From: an uncultured Actinomycetes bacterium | GTDB taxonomy: Bacteria; Actinomycetota; Actinomycetes; S36-B12; CAIYMF01 | DNA length: 24,000 bases | Direction: 5' to 3' | Assembly: GCA_963798745.1 (NCBI GenBank) | Contig: CAWCUF010000007.1 | Span: 85,496-109,495, forward strand | In this document: piece by piece, positions 1-8,202 of the stretch | Position numbering within the stretch: position 1 is the first letter of the stretch | How the letters are laid out: every line of letters starts with the position of its first letter | The notes under the pieces: model-generated | What the model was told of the DNA's origin: nothing | Seen by the model: the letters and a program-made list of their open reading frames with translations, nothing else | The model's database searches: none | Translations under genes and position numbers: made by a program

Positions 1-162
1 CAGGCGGCTGCTATGAACAGTCCGCCTGTCGGCCCCAGCCGCCGCCCGAGCGGCCTGCACGGCGTAGCCGGAGGCGCAGAGGACGTTCTGGACCGGTTCG
101 TGGAACGGATGATCGGGCCCGGCCCGGTAGGTTGTGTTGACCGCGACGAACCCCGCGGCCAC
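1..162 (-). CDS. possible 5' end of an unidentified gene running off the left edge (partial)
   Basis: Minus-strand frame is open from GTG at 162-160 to the window edge (54 codons). Third-position G+C is 45/54, versus 40/54 for the mirror plus-strand frame. No recognisable domain and no clear RBS. Confidence 0.3.
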   Translation of the reverse strand, partial: MAAGFVAVNTTYRAGPDHPFHEPVQNVLCASGYAVQAARAAAGADRRTVHSSRL

Positions 163-290
163 CAGTTGCGCTGCCGCTGACCGACTCCTTCGGGGAGCGC
201 TTCGGCTCGCAACTGGTGGTCTACGCCGAGTTCGAACTCGAAGGCTGGGACTTCCGCCCGGTTGCCGGTCTGGCGGGTTGACTCGAGGGC

Positions 291-315
291 ATACCCGGTA
301 TATGAATACCGCGTA
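291..315. promoter_or_regulatory. candidate PadR autoregulatory operator (four alternating half-sites)
   Basis: ATACC-C-GGTAT at 291-301 and ATAC-CGC-GTAT at 305-315. GGTAT-ATGA-ATACC (297-310) links them. The A/T-rich patch lies 28-52 nt upstream of the padR ATG at 343. Confidence 0.45.
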
Positions 316-342
316 TCTATCGCGATCCGAGGGATGGGGACC

Positions 343-957
343 ATGTCCGTTCGACAGGGAATCCTGGCGTTGCTCGCCGACGAGCCGATGTACGGCTACC
401 AGTTGCGGGTGGAGTTCGAGGCACGGACCGGAGCCACCTGGCCGCTGAACGTGGGGCAGGTCTACTCCACGCTGGGCAGGCTGGAGCGTGACGGGCTGGT
501 CGATCCCGACAGCGAGGACGACGAGAACCGCGTGCGCTACCGGATCACCGATGCCGGCCGCGCGGAGCTGTCCGCGTGGTTTGCGACCCCGGTGGATCGG
601 GTCAGCCCACCGCGCGACGAGTTGGCGATCAAGTTGGCGATGGCCGTCACGGTGCCCGGGATCGACATCCGCGCGGTGGTCGCCCAGCAGCGCTCGGCAA
701 CGGTCCGCGCCCTGCAGGACTACACGCGATTGAAGGCCCAGATGGCCCCGGAGCCGGCCACCCCCGCCGAGCTGTCCTGGCAGCTCGTCCTGGAGTCGCT
801 GATCTTCGACGCCGATGCCGAGGTGCGTTGGCTTGACCACTGCGAGTCGCGGCTGGTGCGGGTCGCGGGCATGTCCGGGACGTTGGGCTCGCAGCGCAGC
901 GCGGCGGGGGCCGACCAGGCCGGCGTCAGCACGACTGGAGCGAGGGCCGCGCGATGA
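343..957 (+). CDS. PadR-family transcriptional regulator
   Basis: The N-terminus MSVRQGILALLADEPMYGYQL...GQVYSTLGRLERDGLV is the typical PadR winged helix. GAGGGA lies 9 nt upstream of ATG 343; the track ORF start at 262 and the ATG at 334 lack an RBS. The stop overlaps the next start (ATGA at 954-957). Confidence 0.85.
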   Translation: MSVRQGILALLADEPMYGYQLRVEFEARTGATWPLNVGQVYSTLGRLERDGLVDPDSEDDENRVRYRITDAGRAELSAWFATPVDRVSPPRDELAIKLAMAVTVPGIDIRAVVAQQRSATVRALQDYTRLKAQMAPEPATPAELSWQLVLESLIFDADAEVRWLDHCESRLVRVAGMSGTLGSQRSAAGADQAGVSTTGARAAR

Positions 958-1676
958 GTCCGGTGCTGTCGATGACGGCGGTGAGCCGCGTGTACGGCGC
1001 CGCCCCGGTCCAGGTGCATGCCCTGCGCGAGGTGTCGTTGAGCGTGTCGGCCGGCGAGCTGGTGTCGGTGATGGGCCCGTCGGGCTCGGGCAAGTCCAGC
1101 CTCCTGACGATCGCCGGGGGCTTGGACCGCGCCACCTCGGGCTTGGTCGAGGTCGCTGGTGTGGAGCTCGGGTCGGCCAGTACCGCGCAGGTGGCCGCGG
1201 TGCGCCGGCGCACGGTCGGCTACGTGTTCCAGGACTACAACCTCATCCCGGCCCTGACCGCCGCCGAGAACGTGGCCCTACCCGTGGAACTCGACGGGGT
1301 CGGGCGCGCGGCGGCCCGGGCGGCAGCGTGGGCAGCCCTCGAGCAGGTGGGCCTGGCCGACCTGGCCGACCGGTTCCCCGACGAGATGTCCGGCGGCCAG
1401 GCCCAGCGGGTGGCCATCGCCCGTGCGGTGGTCGGCGACCGCTCGTTGATCCTCGCCGACGAGCCGACCGGCGCCCTGGACACCGAGACCGGTGACGCGG
1501 TGCTGCGAATGCTGCGCCACCGGGTCGACGCCGGGGCTGCCGGGATCCTGGTCACCCACGACGCCCGGCACGCCGCCTGGGCCGACCGCGTGGTGTTCAT
1601 CCGCGACGGGCGCATCGTCGAGGACACCGGGCGCGCCGCCCCCGCCGAATCCCTGCTCGGGGAGGCCCGACGGTGA
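954..1676 (+). CDS. ABC transporter ATP-binding protein (MacB/LolD/FtsE-like)
   Basis: Walker A GPSGSGKSS, signature MSGGQAQRVAIARA, Walker B LILADEPTGALD and H-loop VTHD are present. RBS GGAGCGAGGG lies upstream. Both the start and the stop overlap neighbouring genes. Confidence 0.93.
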   Translation: MSPVLSMTAVSRVYGAAPVQVHALREVSLSVSAGELVSVMGPSGSGKSSLLTIAGGLDRATSGLVEVAGVELGSASTAQVAAVRRRTVGYVFQDYNLIPALTAAENVALPVELDGVGRAAARAAAWAALEQVGLADLADRFPDEMSGGQAQRVAIARAVVGDRSLILADEPTGALDTETGDAVLRMLRHRVDAGAAGILVTHDARHAAWADRVVFIRDGRIVEDTGRAAPAESLLGEARR

Positions 1677-4573
1677 GCGGCACCGTCACCGTCGAGCCGG
1701 AGACCACCTCCCACCCGGGGGCACCGCGGCGCCGCACCCGCCGACGCGCGGGCTGGGGGGTCGCCCTGCGGATCGCCCGCCGCGACGTCCGGCGCTCGAA
1801 GGGCCGTAGCGCGCTGATCGTGGCGCTGATCATGCTGCCCGTGCTCGTCGTGGTCGCGGCCTCCACGTTGCTGCGCACCGCAGATCTCTCGATGCTGGAG
1901 TCGTTGCCCCGCGAGTTGGGCTCCGCGGATGCCGCGATCCAGACCACATGGGAACTCCCCGAGGGACAGGTCCTGGTGCAGTGCCCGGACCTCACATGCT
2001 CGAGTGAGCGGGCCGCAACAGCGCCGGATGACGGGCTGAGCCCCGAGCAGGGGATCGCCGCGGACCTCGGCCCAGGCACCCGTGTCATCGCCCTGCCCAG
2101 CCAGGAGGTGCCCGCCACCGTCGGTGACCGGCGGCTGTCTGTGCGCGTCACCGAGGCCGAGCTGGTCGATCCGATGCTGGTCGGCATGGTCGATGTCGTC
2201 GCCGGGCGGCTGCCCGCCGGGCCGGGCGAGGTCGTCGTCACCGGTCCGCTCGCGGACAAGGGGGCCTCGATCGGCAGCACGATGGACCTGGGGCAGTACG
2301 GCTCCGCGACGGTCGTGGGCCAGGTGCGCAGCCTGCGCGCGAAGCAGGAGGTGTTCGCCACGCCCGGGGGCCTGGGGGTGCCGTTCATCGACGACGAGGG
2401 CAACGACTGGTTGAGCCGCTGGCTGGTCACCGCACCCGGCGGGGTGAGCTGGGAGCAGGTCCTGACCCTCAACGAACGCGGCCTGCAGGTACTGTCGCGC
2501 GACGTCATCGCCGACCCGCCGACGGACAGCGAACTCGCTGCTGACCCGCGAACTGCGGTCATCGCGCAGGGCGGGCCGTCGTCGACCGACGACACCACCC
2601 TGGCGGTCCTGGCACTCATCCTGGCCATGGTGCTGCTCGAGGTCGTGCTGCTCGCCGGTCCTGCGTTCGCCGTCGGGGCGTCTCGCCAGACCCGGGCCCT
2701 GGGGCTCGTGGCCGCGCAGGGCGGCACGCGTCGGCAACTGCGCCGGATCGTGCTGGCCCAGGCGGTCGTGCTCGGCGTGGTGGCCGCCCTGACCGGGGCG
2801 GCGCTGGCGCTGGCCGTGACCCGGGCGGCCTACCCGTTCCTGGCCGACCGGGCCGCGGGTTCGATCGGACCGTTCCAGGTGGGCTGGTGGGACGTGGCCC
2901 TGGTGATCGCCTTCGGCGTTGCCAGCGCGGTCCTGGCTGCCCTGGTCCCCGCCCGGGCCGCCGCGCGCCTGGACCCGGTCCGGGCGATCGCCGGGCGACG
3001 GCCACAGGCGCGCTCCGCGCACTGGCACCCGTTGCTCGGTGGCGCGATGATCGCCGTCGGCGCGACGCTGGCCTACCTGGGCGCCGGCGCGCCCGGTCGG
3101 AGCACGGTCACCGAGGACGGGACGACGTCCGGCGGCGACGGAACCCTGTTCATCGCAGCCTCCGCGCTGCTGGTGGTGCTCGGCGCGGTGCTGTTCGCCC
3201 CGTTGGCGATCTCGCTGCTGGCCCGCGCGGCCCGGCGCGCCCCGCTGCCGGGGCGCTACGCCCTGCGCGACATGGCCCGCAACCAGTTGCGCACCGCGCC
3301 CGCCGTGGCCGCGGTGACCGCGGTGGTCGCCGGGGCGGTCGCCCTGGCCATCGCCAGCGGCTCGGACGCAGCGCAGGGCCGCGCCGAGTACGTGCCCAAC
3401 GGCCCGGCCGGCGCCGCGGTGATCCAGCGCTCGGACTACGGCGCGACGTGGGAGCCGGCGGTGTGGCAGTCGTTGGCCGACGAGCTCACCGTGCAGGTGC
3501 CCGGCTCCAACGCGACCCTGGTGCCGGTCATGCCCGAGAGGTGGGCCCCAGGCGACACCCCGACGATGGTCCTGAGCAGCACCGACTTGGTCTCGGCTGA
3601 CGGTGCGGTCATCGATCCCGACACGCCAGGCGCCGCGCAGGACAACAACTCCGCGACCTCACGTGGGCCGATGTGGTTCGGGGCCCCGGTGCTGGTCGGG
3701 GACGCGGGGCTGGCCGCTGTGCGCACCGCGTTGGACGACGATCAGGCACGCATCGCGGAAGCCGCGCTGGCCGACGGCTCGGCCGTGCTGCTTCGCACCA
3801 CCGACGGACCGGCCACCGGTGCCGCCCGGGTGGACACCGTGTCCCGGCTGTCGGAGGACGGCGAGGTGCAGCCGAAGGTCCTCGAGTCGTTCACCGTGCC
3901 GATCATCGCTCTGCGGCTGCCCGGGGGCGCCCTTCCGGCCAGTGTGATCCTGCCCGACTCACTCGTGGCCGAGGCTGGGGTTGAGCCCCCGATCGGCGCG
4001 CTGCTCCTGAATGCCGATTCGGACCTGGGCACCGCCGACCAGGAGCGATCGCAGGCTGCGCTCGAGTCCTCGCCGACCCTGGCCCGAGCTGGCGGCGCGG
4101 GGGCGAACGCATATGTGGAGACGGGCTGGTCGGACCCGACCTGGGTGATCACCCTGACGCTGGGCGTCGCGGCCGGCCTCCTGGCGCTTGCCGGGTCGAT
4201 GACCGCCGCCCTGCTGGCCCTCTCCGATGCGCGCGCGGACTTCGCCACCCTCGGCGCGGTCGGGGCCGCCCCGCGGATGCGCCGGCGGATCGCCGGTGTC
4301 TACGGTGCGTCGATCGCATTCCTCGGAGCGGTGCTGGGCGTTGCGGTCGGCTTCATCCCCGGCGTGGCGATCACCTACCCGCTGACCTCGAGCGCGTCCT
4401 CCGGGCTGGCACCGGGGAGCACCGACCTGGTCGGTACCCCGATCCCCGACAGCTTCCTGGTCATCCCCTGGGGCCTGGTCGCAGCGCTGGTCCTCGGCCT
4501 GCCAGTCCTGGTCGGCCTGGTCGTGGCCGCCGCGACCCGATCCCGGCTTCCGATGGTCGCCCGAATCGACTGA
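1673..4573 (+). CDS. ABC transporter permease with two FtsX-type modules (966 aa)
   Basis: GTG 1673 overlaps the ATPase stop (GTGA), and GGAGG lies 7 nt upstream. There are two hydrophobic FtsX-like helix bundles (about aa 300-430 and 830-960), each preceded by a long extracytoplasmic segment. Third-position G+C is high throughout. Confidence 0.88.
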   Translation: MSGTVTVEPETTSHPGAPRRRTRRRAGWGVALRIARRDVRRSKGRSALIVALIMLPVLVVVAASTLLRTADLSMLESLPRELGSADAAIQTTWELPEGQVLVQCPDLTCSSERAATAPDDGLSPEQGIAADLGPGTRVIALPSQEVPATVGDRRLSVRVTEAELVDPMLVGMVDVVAGRLPAGPGEVVVTGPLADKGASIGSTMDLGQYGSATVVGQVRSLRAKQEVFATPGGLGVPFIDDEGNDWLSRWLVTAPGGVSWEQVLTLNERGLQVLSRDVIADPPTDSELAADPRTAVIAQGGPSSTDDTTLAVLALILAMVLLEVVLLAGPAFAVGASRQTRALGLVAAQGGTRRQLRRIVLAQAVVLGVVAALTGAALALAVTRAAYPFLADRAAGSIGPFQVGWWDVALVIAFGVASAVLAALVPARAAARLDPVRAIAGRRPQARSAHWHPLLGGAMIAVGATLAYLGAGAPGRSTVTEDGTTSGGDGTLFIAASALLVVLGAVLFAPLAISLLARAARRAPLPGRYALRDMARNQLRTAPAVAAVTAVVAGAVALAIASGSDAAQGRAEYVPNGPAGAAVIQRSDYGATWEPAVWQSLADELTVQVPGSNATLVPVMPERWAPGDTPTMVLSSTDLVSADGAVIDPDTPGAAQDNNSATSRGPMWFGAPVLVGDAGLAAVRTALDDDQARIAEAALADGSAVLLRTTDGPATGAARVDTVSRLSEDGEVQPKVLESFTVPIIALRLPGGALPASVILPDSLVAEAGVEPPIGALLLNADSDLGTADQERSQAALESSPTLARAGGAGANAYVETGWSDPTWVITLTLGVAAGLLALAGSMTAALLALSDARADFATLGAVGAAPRMRRRIAGVYGASIAFLGAVLGVAVGFIPGVAITYPLTSSASSGLAPGSTDLVGTPIPDSFLVIPWGLVAALVLGLPVLVGLVVAAATRSRLPMVARID

Positions 4574-4620
4574 CCGGGGGGTGTCCATATGTCTGTGGTC
4601 AAGTCCGAGGACGCGTCCCG

Positions 4621-4711
4621 GGGAATCCGCTCCCGTTCGCCCGATCTGCTCCCCGAAGTCCGGGAGCGGATCGGCGAAAGGGGAGCGGATCCAATCGTCC
4701 GGGACGGATCG
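4621..4711. repeat. hairpin plus 20-bp-phased repeat element between convergent genes
   Basis: ATCCGCTCCCG (4625-4635) is the exact reverse complement of CGGGAGCGGAT (4661-4671). GGGAGCGGATCC (4681-4692) and CCGGGACGGATCG (4699-4711) repeat the right arm at about 20-bp spacing. Confidence 0.6.
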
Positions 4712-4743
4712 ACCGACCCCGGAGCGACTGACCCGGCGCCGAT

Positions 4744-5511
4744 TCAGGCGCGGACCACCTGGGGGCCGGCAGCCGAGATCTGGGCCACCGCGGCGTCCGG
4801 CAGACCGGTGTCGCTGACCAGCACGTCGATCTGGGCCAGATTCGCGACGTGGGCGAAGTGGTCGCGGCCGAACTTCGAGTGGTCGCAGAGCAGGACCCTG
4901 GTCCGGGCCGCGGCGACGAACGCACGCTTCACGGCCGCCTCCGCGCTGTCCGGGGTGGTCAGGCCGCGCTCGATCGAGAAGCCGTTGGTCCCCAGGAACA
5001 CCACGTCCAGATGGATGCGGCGCAGGTACTCCAGCGCGACCTCGTCCACCGTGGTCAGGGTGCGCCCGCGCAACCGCCCGCCGACGATGTGCACGGTGAG
5101 GTCGGGCCGATCAGCCAGCGGCAATGCGATGGCCAGGTTGTTGGTCACCACCGTCAGCGCCCGGTCGAAGGGCAGGATCTCGGCGAACTGATGCGTCGTG
5201 GAACCGCCGTCCAGTGCGATCGCCCCATGCTCGGGCAGCCAGTCCAGCGCAGCGCGGGCGATCCGCTCCTTCTCCCTGGTATGCACCGACTCACGCACGG
5301 CCAGCGCCGGCTCGAAGCCGTTGGCAGGGGAGTCGGCGAGGATCGCCCCGCCGTGCACCCGCCGTAGCAGCCCCGCGCGCGCCAGTGCGCTCAGGTCCCG
5401 GCGCACCGTCTCCGGGGTGACGTCGAGATCCTCGGCGAGCCGGGCGACCTCCACCCGGCCGGCGTCCCGGGCCAGGTCGAGGATCGCCGCCTGCCGTTCC
5501 TGCGCGTACAT
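4744..5511 (-). CDS. DeoR/GlpR-family transcriptional regulator (paralog 1)
   Basis: MYAQERQAAILDLARDAGRVEVARLAEDLDVTPETVRRDLSALARAGLLRRVHGGA is a DeoR HTH, followed by a DeoR C-terminal sugar-phosphate sensor domain. GAGGGAG lies 5 nt upstream of ATG 5511. The track ORF extends to 5565, but the upstream part lacks support. Confidence 0.9.
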   Translation of the reverse strand: MYAQERQAAILDLARDAGRVEVARLAEDLDVTPETVRRDLSALARAGLLRRVHGGAILADSPANGFEPALAVRESVHTREKERIARAALDWLPEHGAIALDGGSTTHQFAEILPFDRALTVVTNNLAIALPLADRPDLTVHIVGGRLRGRTLTTVDEVALEYLRRIHLDVVFLGTNGFSIERGLTTPDSAEAAVKRAFVAAARTRVLLCDHSKFGRDHFAHVANLAQIDVLVSDTGLPDAAVAQISAAGPQVVRA

Positions 5512-5545
5512 GGCTGCTCCCTCGGGTCGGCTCGGTGCGGACGTC

Positions 5546-5592
5546 GGTCCGCCGAGGGGCCCCATCCTGTCGGGCGGCGCCCTCGGCGGACC
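5546..5592 (-). terminator. 13-bp perfect GC-rich hairpin between the dehydrogenase remnant and the deoR paralog
   Basis: GGTCCGCCGAGGG (5546-5558) pairs with CCCTCGGCGGACC (5580-5592) around a 21-nt loop. On the minus strand it starts 7 nt after the stop at 5599. There is no U-tract, so it is either an I-shaped terminator/attenuator or an RNA stability element. Confidence 0.4.
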
Positions 5593-5598
5593 ACTGCG

Positions 5599-6129
5599 TC
5601 ACGGTTCGATGGTGACCTTGATCGCGTGCCCACCCATGACGGCCTCGACCCCCGCGGGGAACTCCGCCAGCGGCAGCCGGTCGGTGATCAGGTCAGGCAC
5701 CGGCACATCCCCGGAGGCGATGTACTGCGGAGCGCGGCGGTTGTGCGCCGGGCTGGACCCGTTTGCTCCCACCACGGTCAACTCGCGGTGGTGCACCACG
5801 TTGGAGTCGAACGTGAGCGTCGGCTTGTCCTTTGGCAGGCCACCGAACAGGCTGATCCGACCGCGCAACGCGGCCATCTGCAGCGCATCCGTCTGGGCCC
5901 TGCCCGAACCCGCCGCGGTGATCACGACGTCGACGCCACGACCCTCGGTCAGGCGCATCACCTCGGCGATCGGATCGACCTCGGCAGAGCAGCTCGCGGC
6001 ATCGGGCGCGTCCGTGCCGCAGATCGAGTTCGCACGGACCCGCAGCTTGACCTCCTTGGGATCGGACATCGGCTCGGGCATGTCCTCCATGCGGACATCT
6101 CCGGGTGCGTAGTAACGGGCAACGAGCAT
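5599..6129 (-). CDS. Zn-dependent medium-chain dehydrogenase/reductase remnant with in-frame internal deletion (176 aa)
   Basis: The N-terminus MLVARYYAPGDVRMEDMPEP...VKLRVRANSICGTD is the start of the GroES-like domain. The sequence then jumps directly to the distal Rossmann and C-terminal part (GRGVDVVITAAGS...RISLFGG...AIKVTIEP). The catalytic and structural Zn ligands and the GxGxxG motif are absent. RBS GAGGAAG is present. Confidence 0.75.
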   Translation of the reverse strand: MLVARYYAPGDVRMEDMPEPMSDPKEVKLRVRANSICGTDAPDAASCSAEVDPIAEVMRLTEGRGVDVVITAAGSGRAQTDALQMAALRGRISLFGGLPKDKPTLTFDSNVVHHRELTVVGANGSSPAHNRRAPQYIASGDVPVPDLITDRLPLAEFPAGVEAVMGGHAIKVTIEP

Positions 6130-6186
6130 GATTTCCGCTTCCTCTTCGATTGCGTTCAGCGAGTTCGATCTGTCGATCAGGCCGGG

Positions 6187-8202
6187 TCAGGCCAGGGTCA
6201 CACTGTCCAGCACGGCGGTGACATCGTCCTTGCTGGTGGCCGCCTGCAGGGCCGCCACCTTGTCCTCGTCGAGGAACACGTGGGCGATGCTGCCGAGCAG
6301 GGCCAGGTGGTCGTCGCCGGCTCCGGCGATCCCGACCACGTAGTGGGCCAGCTCCCCATCCCCGTTCCAGTCGATACCCTCGGGATAGCGGATGAACGAC
6401 AGGCCTGTGGCGTTGATCGAGAGCTTGGCCTCGTTCGTGCCGTGCGGGATGGCCAGGCTGTTGCCGACGTAGGTCGAGACCGACTTCTCCCGGTCGTACA
6501 TGGACTCGATGTAGGCCGGTTGCACCTTGCCGGTGGCCACGAGCAACTGGCCGGCCTCGTCGATGGCGTCGTCGCGGGTGCGCGCCGTGCCGGTCAGCAC
6601 GATGGCCTCGTGCGGCAGCAGGGTCGCCAACCGGGCGTGCTCGGGTGCCGGGGTGGGCGCACCGGCAGTGCCGCCCTGGGCGCTGGCTGGCGCGGGAGCC
6701 GACGCGACCGGCGCCTCGTCATCCTCGTGGGACACCTCGATCATCGCCACGATGTCGTCGTAGCGGGGGCTGGCCATGAAGTTGTCCACCGACACGTGGA
6801 TGGCCGAGGGGGTCAGGGGCTTGGTTCGGGCGGTCAGGTCCTGGTGGGTCACGACCAGGTCGTAGGTGTCCTCCAGGTTGGCGATGGCCTTGTTGATGAC
6901 CGTGACGTCCGGGTAGCCCGCGGCCTTGATCTTCTTGCGAAGGACGGAGGCACCCATGGCTGACGAGCCCATCCCGGCGTCGCAGGCGAACACGATGCTG
7001 CTGATCGGCTTGGTCAGCGTCGCCGTGCCGCCGGACCCGGTGACCATCGACGAGGCGACGGACTCCTTGCCCTTCATCGCCACCATGCTCTGCGTGGCGA
7101 CCTCGAGGTCGCCCTCAGCCCAGTCACCCTTGTCGGTCTTCAGCAGGAACGCCGCCACCAGGAAGCTGGCCGTGATGCCACCGATCACCGACAACGTGAT
7201 GCCCAGGAAGTCACCCTGCGGGGTCTGGGCGTAGACGGCGAAGATCGATCCGGGAGCCGCTGGTGCCCGAAGACCAGTGTTGAACAGCACGTTGATGAAG
7301 ATCTGGGTCATGCCGCCAGCGATCGTCGCCAGGATCAGGCGGGGGCGCATCAGCACGTAGGGGAAGTAGACCTCGTGGATGCCGCCGAAGAACACGATGA
7401 TTGCCGCGCCTGGGGCCGTGGCCCGGGCGATGCCCTTGCCGAAGAACATGTAGGCCAGCAACAGGCCCGTGCCGGCGGCCGGGTTGGCCTCGAGGAGGAA
7501 CAGGACCGACTTGCCCGTCTCGGCTGCCTCCTGGATGCCCAGGGGGGTCAGCACGCCGTGGTTGATGGCGTTGTTGAGGAACAGCACCTTAGCCGGCTCG
7601 ATGAAGATCGAGGTCAGCGGCAGGATGTTGTTGGTGACCAGGAAGTTGACGGCCTCCCCCAGCCGGTCGACGATCCACAGCAGGGGCGGTGCGAGCAGGA
7701 ACATCCCGAGCACGGCCATGATGGCGCCCCAGATGCCGGCGGAGAAGTTGTCGACCAGCATCTCGAAGCCCGGCTTGATCTTCCCGGCCCACAGGCCGTC
7801 GATGTGCTTCATGACCCAGGCCGTCAGCGGGCCCATGATCATCGCACCCAGGAACATGGGAACGCTGGGATCCTCACCGATGAACAGCGGGTCGCTGGTG
7901 GCCATGATGACGCCGATGACCGAGAACCCGCCGACGACGCCGCCGCGCACGCCGTAGACCATCTTGCCGCCGGTGTAGGCGATCAGGATCGGCAGCAGGT
8001 AGAGGATCGAGGGACCCACCATCGTGGCGATCTTCTCGTTGGGCGTCCATCCCACAGGGATGACGAACGCCGTGATCAGGCCCCACGCAATGATGGCCGC
8101 GATGTTGGGCATGATCATGTTCGACAGGAACGTTCCGAACTTCTGCACCCGAACCCGCAACGATGTGCCTGCGGGTTGCGAGTAATCCATGGCAGTGGCC
8201 AT
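6187..8202 (-). CDS. mtlA: PTS mannitol-class transporter, fused EIICBA
   Basis: The EIIC N-terminus reads VRVQKFGTFLSNMIMPNIAAIIAWGLITAF. The EIIB site is IVFACDAGMGSSAMGASVLRKKIKAAGY (active Cys). The EIIA site is NSLAIPHGTNEAK (active His). A strong RBS GAGGAGAGGA lies 7 nt upstream of ATG 8202. Confidence 0.93.
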   Translation of the reverse strand: MATAMDYSQPAGTSLRVRVQKFGTFLSNMIMPNIAAIIAWGLITAFVIPVGWTPNEKIATMVGPSILYLLPILIAYTGGKMVYGVRGGVVGGFSVIGVIMATSDPLFIGEDPSVPMFLGAMIMGPLTAWVMKHIDGLWAGKIKPGFEMLVDNFSAGIWGAIMAVLGMFLLAPPLLWIVDRLGEAVNFLVTNNILPLTSIFIEPAKVLFLNNAINHGVLTPLGIQEAAETGKSVLFLLEANPAAGTGLLLAYMFFGKGIARATAPGAAIIVFFGGIHEVYFPYVLMRPRLILATIAGGMTQIFINVLFNTGLRAPAAPGSIFAVYAQTPQGDFLGITLSVIGGITASFLVAAFLLKTDKGDWAEGDLEVATQSMVAMKGKESVASSMVTGSGGTATLTKPISSIVFACDAGMGSSAMGASVLRKKIKAAGYPDVTVINKAIANLEDTYDLVVTHQDLTARTKPLTPSAIHVSVDNFMASPRYDDIVAMIEVSHEDDEAPVASAPAPASAQGGTAGAPTPAPEHARLATLLPHEAIVLTGTARTRDDAIDEAGQLLVATGKVQPAYIESMYDREKSVSTYVGNSLAIPHGTNEAKLSINATGLSFIRYPEGIDWNGDGELAHYVVGIAGAGDDHLALLGSIAHVFLDEDKVAALQAATSKDDVTAVLDSVTLA

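Noticed and set aside
134-448. 104-aa ORF overlapping the padR start.
   Set aside because: It is out of frame with the clear PadR domain, has no motifs, and has poor composition.
1235-3028. Very long antisense or alternate-frame ORFs. Examples: 1235-3028 (-), 5626-6963 (+), 8309-9355 (-), 11477-12820 (-), 12892-14616 (-), 14573-15832 (-), 15709-17373 (-), 18488-19795 (-), 22250-23329 (-), 23053-24000 (-).
   Set aside because: They are typical high-G+C shadow ORFs. They are Arg/Pro/Gly-rich with no motifs, and each lies opposite or out of frame to a gene with clear family motifs and proper third-position G+C bias.
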